A stretch of 64,000 nucleotides of DNA from Saprolegnia diclina VS20 (taxonomy: Eukaryota): NCBI RefSeq assembly GCF_000281045.1, contig NW_008246070.1, forward strand, positions 772,954 through 836,953. The letters run 5' to 3'. How positions within the stretch are numbered: the first letter of the stretch is position 1; each line of letters starts with the position of its first letter. Of the stretch, positions 56,419-64,000 are shown piece after piece. The translations under genes were made by a program, and so were the position numbers. The notes under the pieces were generated by a model. That model saw only the letters and a program-made list of their open reading frames with translations, made no database searches and had not been told where the DNA came from.

Positions 56419-59130
56419 TTAGGACTCGTCGCGGAGGTTATCGAGGCAGAGGCGGAGGGCGTTGCGGTACACAAGCGTCGCGTGCGATGCCACCTTGGTC
56501 TTGGACGACACGAGGAGGCGTCGCTCAATGAAGCTCGGGTCCAACAGCACATTCCCCGCGCCGTCGATCGCCACTTCGCGCCCAACGTGTTCGTAGAGGC
56601 CCCACTAGCAACACCACAACGACTTAGCGAATTGCATAAGAGATGACGTACAAAGCGCGGGATGCCCGCCACGAGGTCGCCGTCGTAGACGACGCGGAAG
56701 CTCTCGGGCACCGTGCGGTTGTACTGGCGCACAAAGGCGGGATTGCCGACGCGCGGGCCGCCAAAATTGTACATGGACACGCGCGTGGCGCCAAAATGAG
56801 CCGCAATGTCGTACGCGGCGAGCACAGCGAGCGCGCCGCCCATGCTGTGCCCCGTGACGTACACGCGCAGGTGCGGGTCGTCCTGCAGCACGAGGCGCAG
56901 CGTCTCCTTGAGGTCGTCGCGCACCGCAGCGTACGCTTTCCAAAACCCTATGCCAATATCAACGACACGACCGCGAGTATGGCACCGCACCGCTGTGGAC
57001 GCGGGGCAGCGCCAGGTTGAGGAGCGGGATACGTCCCGCGCAGAGCTGGAGTCGCTCCTTGCAGCTTCGACGACGGCGCTGCTTGCCGCGACCGCTGATC
57101 GCGTGCATCCAGAGCGGCACTTGATGAAATCGGAGGTTTGTCTTCCAGTGCGCCTTGCTCACCGAGCCGCGAAATGCCACGATGAGCTGGTGCGTCTCGC
57201 GGTTGACGCACACGACCGCGTGCGTATCGACGAGGTCGTGCCGCAGGTGCGCGATGAGCTCAAAGCCAAAGGTGTCGAGCGTCTGGACGCCGGCGCCGGA
57301 CGCCGACGGATTCCCGATCGGGTCGAAGTACGCCTGCCACGCGATTTGCACGAGCCACTCGGCCGTCTCGAGGCAGAACACGTGTTGTCTGTTGTGCTGG
57401 TGCTTTTCGTGCACGTAGAACGCTGTCGACGCAAAGAGCGATGACGTCGCAGTGATCGACGGCGCGGGCAAGTGCACCCAGAGCACCAGCGACACAAAGA
57501 CCGCAAAAAAGATGACGAACGAAAGCTGCGGCATGTCGTTGCCCATGGAACCGAGCACGACGATGCACGCGCGTCGGAGTGACGCCATGGACGCACTGCC
57601 TTCGGCCGAGACGACGGCAGCGAGTAGCTGCACCGCGTGCACGACCGAGGCGAGCAAGAGCTGCAGCAAGAGCAAGACCGACTCGAACACGAGAAAGCGG
57701 AAGCTCAACTGTTCGTGGCGGGACAGCATGTACACGAACGACTGCAGCGTCGCGGCCGTCTCGAGCGCAGTCTGTACTACCCACGCGAGCCAGTACCAGT
57801 GGAGCACGAGGAGCGCGATTCCCAGCGCAATGTACGCCGTCTCGGCCTCCGGCTCGTGGCCGGGCGAGAGCGACGGCAGCCGCAAGATGCTCTCGCTCGT
57901 CTGGAGACTGCCAAAGAGCAGCACGAAGAGGACCTTGGGCCAGACGCGGGTCGTGGTCGACGCCGGGTGGCCGAGCATGACGAGCCAGAGGCCGCGAAAA
58001 ATCGCATTGGCCCACGCTTGGACAATGTTGGCGCTGAGGCGCGTTGCGTCCGAGACGTCGCCAAACCACTGGGCGACGACAAACACGGGGTTCTGCCACA
58101 GCACGAGCACGACAAGGACCCAGAAGAGCTGCGCCTGAATACGAAGCCGCGGCGCCGGCACGGCCCGAACCCAGTACGGAAGCGCGCCAAGCGAGAGCAA
58201 GAGCAGCGCGGTGCGCACGATGAGCTGGCTGACGACGACCGCGGGCTTCCTATTGTACAGAGTCAGCGTGGGAGCAAGACCGAGCGACAAATTACGTGAA
58301 GCTAAAGGCGTACTGCACGTCGCGGGCAAAGAGGTGCGGGTAGTAGCCGTGGAAGACGACGAGAATGAGGTACGAGCCGTACCCGTTGCCTCCCTACACG
58401 CGCATGAGTTTCAAGCTCGTGTCATCAAGGAGGAGGCGTACGAGGCCTTCGTTCGCCTGGGAGATATCAAAGAGCGGTGCGGCGTCGCATGCATTCTCTG
58501 CGCAGTGCAGCCAGAGGCTCTGGTTCGCGAGGCGGAAGATGGGCTTGTGCGCGCCGTGCTCGGTGAACGGGAAGCGCCCGCCGTAGACAGACACGTCGTA
58601 CTCGAGCACGAAGCTCGGCTCGTGCTGCGTGAGGTTGGCCGGTAGAATACTCAGCTGCATCGAGCCTGCCAACCACGAGACATTGCTCACGTTGGCTGCG
58701 TACCATGCGTTCGCTGTGTGGTAGTCGATGTATGTACATGGCGTGTCGATCGGCGTCGTCGGCTGGCACACATTGCCGGGCAAGTCTATCGTCTACACAG
58801 AGGATGTGTGCCATGATTCACGACAACACGTACGGTCCGGAGGTACGCATCGCTGTACAAGTACGCCATGACCAAAGCCACACAGAACGAGACGTACGAA
58901 GCGGCCAGCACGATCATGGCCGCGCGCGAACCAAGCGTCTCAAGTCGGAGGCGCGGTGCCGATGGCCCATGCAGGTTGGCGTCCTCGAGCCGCCCATCGT
59001 CGTCCACGTCGTTGCGGTGGCGGCGCTTCCGCTGCGCGTCGTCGAGGAGGAGCTGGGACGACGCGTAGCCCTTCGTCGCGAAGAGCAGCGGGCGATGCAC
59101 GACGTCGTCCATGTCCATGCCCCGCTCCAT
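56419..59130 (-). CDS. Multi-pass membrane protein (TMEM181/Wntless-like) fused to a class-3 lipase
   Basis: Lipase: LIVAFRGS, VTGHSMGGALA, YNFGGPRVGN, DLVAGIP, C-terminal SH. N-terminal part: one TM, a luminal loop, then about 7 TMs. Confidence 0.85.
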
Positions 59131-59296
59131 GATGCTGCCGCCGATATCTTTCTCGCCGAGGAAGACCAAGCTCTCGAATCCGGATACCACATATCCGGCG
59201 ATTCGCACGCGTTTAAACCCGACGGGACCGAGTTTAACGCAACTTCAACTGGCATGCACCAAAGGGACTCGACTAACTAACTATAATACGATGGGG

Positions 59297-60791
59297 TTAA
59301 ATAGAGCTGCGGGGCTCGACGCGCTCGTAAAACAAGAGGTACGCAGACGTCGCAGTCTCGTGCAGCATTTGCGCTTGGCTGAGCGTCGTCAGGTGCGCGT
59401 CATTGTACTTGAGCCAGAGCGACGTGCCGTTGGTGAGTGACAGCCGCGCGTACGCGAGGTAGTGCCCGCCCGCGACCGAGCTGCCCGTGTGGGCACAGAC
59501 GGCGTAGAGCTGGTACTCGCACGGTGCCTGCTGCGAAAAGAGGTACGGCGTCATGTTGAGCCGCTGGACCGGAAAGATGACGGCCGCGCTGTTCTTGGCC
59601 ATGTGCCCAACTCGGGTGCACGTGAAGCGCTTGAGCTGGAGCACGAGGCGCTTGGGGACGCGCATAAAGAGCGTTTGGATGTGGTGTCCGGTCCGGCGGT
59701 CGCAGCGCTCGCAATAGACGGCGTCCTCGGCGCAAAGGTCTTCGACCTGCTTGAACGCCGCAAGGCAGCTGTCGAGGGACATGGCGGCGGTCGACGAGTG
59801 GAGCCCGAGCGCCACGACGCTATCGCATCGTGAGCACCAAGCATCGTTATGAAGCGAACGTACGTGGTGGTCGCGAGGTGGTACGAGAGCATGTTGCAGG
59901 AAACGCACGTGGAGCCTTGGACGAGCTGGCCCATAAAGTCGTCCGCGACGAACGAGGGGTTGCCGCGAATGAATTTGTCCCATGTGAGGCTCGCCAGGTG
60001 CTCTAGATGGCGTGTGACGTGAGGCGACAGAGGAGAGGCAAGCGTATACCGAGTGGAGCGCTGTACGCACTCGAGTCGTGCGACGAGCATGTGTGTAGCA
60101 CATGGTCGAGCGCCTTGGTCGCGGCCGAGAGCGCGTGCTCGCTTCGGGGGCTCAGGGACGCCGCAGGTGCTTGGACAACGCCACGGATCAGCTCGAGGAG
60201 ATACGACAAGCACTCTTCAGCGTCTTGCTGGCCTTGTCGCCGAGGCAGGTCGATCCACGTCACGCCAATCCTCCGTAGCGCATCGACCAAACCCAAGGCA
60301 AGAAGGTCCAGCGTCGCGCCCTTGCGTTCCTTGAGCATGTGCGTGACATCGAGCAAGACACCAACGCATCGCTCGCGTGGCGTCAAGGCGCGTCTTGTCG
60401 TTGAGAGTGGCCGAAATGCATTCGCAAGTGACGCTCGAAAGTCGCGTGTGCGAAGCAGGCAGTGCAGCGTCGCATTGAGGAAGCAGTAGTTGGACTCGTT
60501 CCTTAGCGTGGCATCGGCTGGACTCGTCTCGTCGTCAATGGCGATCGGTTCTTGCGGAAGAGGCGCGTCGTCCTTGTCGTTGGTGAGGTCGATGGCCGGA
60601 GGCTTGGCGCACGGTGGTGCTGCTGCTGCTCGTGGCAGCCGGTGGCTCGTCGCTCGGGGCAGGTGATCGAGCAGCTGCGCCTGCATCTTGGTCACCTGCT
60701 GGATGCAGTAGCTGGCCATCTTGGCGACGTTATAGTTGTGGTAGGCGAGGTAGCAGTAGATGCTCACGAGACAGAGCGACGGCCACAGCAT
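59297..60791 (-). CDS. Ubiquitin-specific protease (C19) with N-terminal hydrophobic anchor
   Basis: Cys box LRNESNYCFLNATLHCL, QQDAEECL, CxxC pairs, LQLKRF, His box HTGSSVAGGHYLAY, WLKYND. Confidence 0.88.
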
Positions 60792-61121
60792 CGGGCCGTC
60801 GGGTGTTCTTCAAAATGGCAACCCAATTTCGGATTGGCCCGTTTGGAAGGATAAAAACACCCAACCACGATAGGCGTCTTGGGGCTAATGTCGCAAAGCT
60901 CCCGAGCGAGCTTCTGCGGCGTTGGCCTCATCCGCCGCGCTCAGCTTGCATTGACAGTCCTAGGGTAGTATGACTGCTATCGACCTATTACGTAGTGGCG
61001 CTGGCCACCGCAAATGAGCGCATGGAATTAGACGCAAGTGGCGTGCGACTAGACATTCGCGACCACCAGCACGATTAGCTATTTCGTTGCTTAACGCATC
61101 GGCAAGCAGGAGCTCGCATCT

Positions 61122-62482
61122 TTACGAAGCCGACGTGTAAAAATGGCGGCGCTGGTAGTAGAGCAGGCCGTTGTCGATGGCAAACTGAATGAGGCGGCCG
61201 AGGACCGGCACGGGCTGCGTCGCGTTGGCCACCTAATTCGACGCAGTTTGACGATCGGAGCATGCAGCAGCGGAAGCGTACGCTGTCGGCAAGGGGGTTA
61301 GTGACGCTCGAGAAGAGCGGGTTCCGGAGCAAATACAAAAAGAGACACATCTGCAAAGAGCATGAGGACAGAACGAGGACGCGGCGACGTGGACCTTGCG
61401 TCGGCGGAACTCTTCCGTGACGGCCGGCGTCGCCTTTGTGGACGGCTCGGCCGACGAGCAGAGAAGGCTAGCATTCTCACATATGCATCGTCATGCAGAA
61501 AAGCAATAGGCCAATACCCGAGGACTTCGGTCGAGAAGGAGGCGAGGAAGGGAACCCACGACTGCTCCGACTTGCGTTGACTAGACAGCGCTGCGTCAAC
61601 ACCGAGCGATGAGGATGGGGCGCTGTACCAGAGCACGGCGTAGACGACCGGCCGCAGAATATGCAGGATCTCGCCCATGAGCTGCAGCGGACCTTCATGG
61701 CCGGATGCGACGGTCGCGTCCTATTCGTGCCAAGATTTGGCATTGGCCAAAGAGAGAGAGCGTACCACGAAGGAGAGCGTGAGCGGCTCCTGCGACGACT
61801 GGCCAGCTAGTAGAGACGCAGACAATTGATGCACAACGTCACGTTGTCGCAGCACACCTTCGCGGTGATTCTTAAAGACGCGGCCAGAGCGCTGGCCCGT
61901 GTACTCGGCCGAGTCTTTCTTGCCTTCTGTCGCCGGCACCTCGCACGTGATGTACTACCACATGGCGCCCTGAGACCTCGTCTAGCATGCGAGGCGCGGT
62001 GTACCGTGCCGTTCTTGTAGAGCACTTGGCCTTTTGCATGGCCAAGGAGGGCGAGCTTGCAAAAGCACTTGCAGATCTCGAGGGCGACAATCTGCACGCC
62101 GCGTAAGCTAGCGAATGCAATGTCATCGAGTACGTACGACACGCCACCGAGCGTCCGAGCCGCCGGTCTTGAGCGCAATGATCTCGGCCGCCACTTGCAC
62201 CTGGGCGAGAAGCGACAATGGCACACGCGCCGCCTGCACAAGCGTGCGCGGCGTCTCTTCCGGGTGCACTGCGCGGTACAAGAGGTAGTCGTGGTACAGC
62301 TTGAGGAGGCCGCCCATCGAGTAGCCGACCTCCGAGACAATGTCCGGGTTGCCGACGCGCGCGGGCACGAGCATGGGCACGACGTAGAAGATGTTCTCGA
62401 GGCGGCGCGCCAGCGACTCATTCTCGAGCACCCATGCGTTGTACTTGTCGAGCGCCGGGATCTTCTGGCTGCTCGTCGTCAT
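61122..62482 (-). CDS. PEX16: Peroxisomal membrane biogenesis protein PEX16
   Basis: YNAWVLEN..LE, SEVGYS..LL.LYHD, EI.A, LEICK..KL, GEILHILRPVVY, SWVPFL, LYLLRNPLF, terminal HFYTSAS; multiple introns. Confidence 0.85.
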
Positions 62483-62931
62483 CCTCGCGAATGCTCGGAT
62501 TGCGAAACACAGATTTCAACGAATCAAGACGCGCGGCCAGCGCTACAAATCTCAAAGTATTTTAATGCCACGAGAGGTCACAATGATTGGCCAAAAATCA
62601 ACGTCAAGTGCGTCGTGATTGGCTGTTCCCGATTATTTGGCCCAGCGATTTGATTCGCTCCGTCATTGCACCATTAAATAGTGTGTACGCCAACCCAATC
62701 GCCACGTGCAACAGACTGCAACACGCAGCAAGCAGCAAGTGCTTACGATGAGTGCGATTACTAACTAAGTGACCTCACACTAGAGAATGACTTGGCTTGG
62801 TTGTGGGCTCGTGGGCACCAATTTGTCTGTTGTCGAGCTCACAGTATTTAAGAATATAATATAAGCGTATGATTGGAGGATAGTGGCGAATCAAATCCCG
62901 CTGATTTGGGCAGGAACCGCCAACACCATCG

Positions 62932-64000
62932 ATGGCCGACGCGCCGCTGCGCGACCTCCTCACGGTGGTGTTTACAACATCAGCGATCCCGTCGAACCCA
63001 GCGACGATTGTCCTCGAAGAAGTCCTCGACAGTTTTGCCTACGTACCCGGCCTCGCCACCTGCAACGTCGTTTTGACCTTTGACGGCTATGTCGCCAAGG
63101 ACGGGGACGACGTCAAAACCAAGTTCAAGTCGACGCGCATTAGCGCCGACGAGATCGAAAAGTACGTCGAGTACCAACACAATGCGCGCGCAGTCTTTCG
63201 TCGCCACCTGCAGCTCACGGACGCGGCCGTGGTCGAGAGCTACGACGAGGAGTTTCCCATCAAACGGCGAACGACAGCCCGCGCCACGATCCACAGAGAG
63301 ACGGACCCCGTGGCTGGCACGAGCCTGACGTCGATTATCATGTCCAAGCGCATGGGCTTTGCGCTAGCCGTGCGGGAAGCACTCAAGCAGTACGGCCTAG
63401 TAGTGAACTCCCTTCGGTTGCTCATTCGCTTCTAGTGTCACGACTCCATTTGTGCTCATCCATCAGCACGACTGGACGTTCCTTGTGCGTTCTCGGATGA
63501 GGCTTTTTGTTTGTATAACGGTGTACGCTGCGTAGCATGCCCTCGACCTGCAGCCCGTATGTACAGCAATGGCAAGTCTGCCCGAGACCCTCAAGTACGT
63601 TGGCTTCCACTCGCGCAAGACCCTCAAGAAGAAAAGCCGTCCTGGCTTGCCACCACCTACTGCGGTAAATCTTGGCGGCATCTGCGTTGCACCGCTCTAC
63701 TTTTGGTACGACAAGCCCCACGTGGCAAGCACGGAGCACTATCGCAGCTTTGTGTTTGGCCACGGGCGCTTCCAGCCCGGCGACTTTATCGAAGACACGC
63801 TCGGGCACGCCATGCTGGACGATCTCAAGGCGCGCGGCGTGGACGCCCATAGCGAGTACGGCACATGGAGCTACGTGCTCGACGACCAAGACGACGAGAC
63901 CGCGACACTTCGCCACGCCAGCGGCCGTCATTTTCGCGAAGTCGTGCACATGCGGTCCCGTCGCGTCAAGAAAGGTGCCTCTGAAAACGGGCCAACGCTG
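62932..64000 (+). CDS. GT-A fold glycosyltransferase-like protein (3' partial)
   Basis: TVVFTTSAIPSNP..VVLTFDG..MGFALAVREALK/VTTPFVLIHQHDWTF (QHD at the DxD position). Confidence 0.55.

Overview
Gene-dense eukaryotic DNA, most likely from an oomycete of Saprolegniales type (inferred from high-GC coding sequence, many short GT-AG introns, oomycete-style initiator motifs, WRKY19-like GGG zinc-finger genes and a flagellar DRC5 gene). It holds about 27 protein-coding genes, mostly in tight head-to-head and tail-to-tail pairs, with four N-gaps. Recognisable genes: EF1-gamma, a myristoylated PP2C, two tandem UDP-xylose synthases, two tandem EF-hand genes, an NSUN2-family protein, a TRF4-like nucleotidyltransferase, a TPLATE/beta-COP-like coat subunit, a mucin, an MFS sugar porter, an LRR protein, an 11.5-kb HECT E3 ligase, an ABCC transporter, TCTE1/DRC5, a RIB2-type deaminase, an ankyrin protein, a membrane lipase, a USP, PEX16 and a GT-A-like protein. 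Mobile DNA: a degenerate LINE 3' fragment and a ~590-bp element with long terminal inverted repeats. Most unusual observations: (1) a BED zinc finger fused in frame to one of the two UDP-xylose synthase copies; (2) an NSUN2-like protein lacking the motif-VI catalytic Cys; (3) an array of five PxIxI[E] calcineurin-docking-like motifs; (4) a TMEM181/Wntless-like membrane domain fused to a class-3 lipase; (5) a triple FAR1/MuDR-type DNA-binding protein with a KEN box next to a MULE-like TIR element; (6) an ABCC with a degenerate NBD1. All calls are by-eye motif recognition with no database searches; exon boundaries are approximate.
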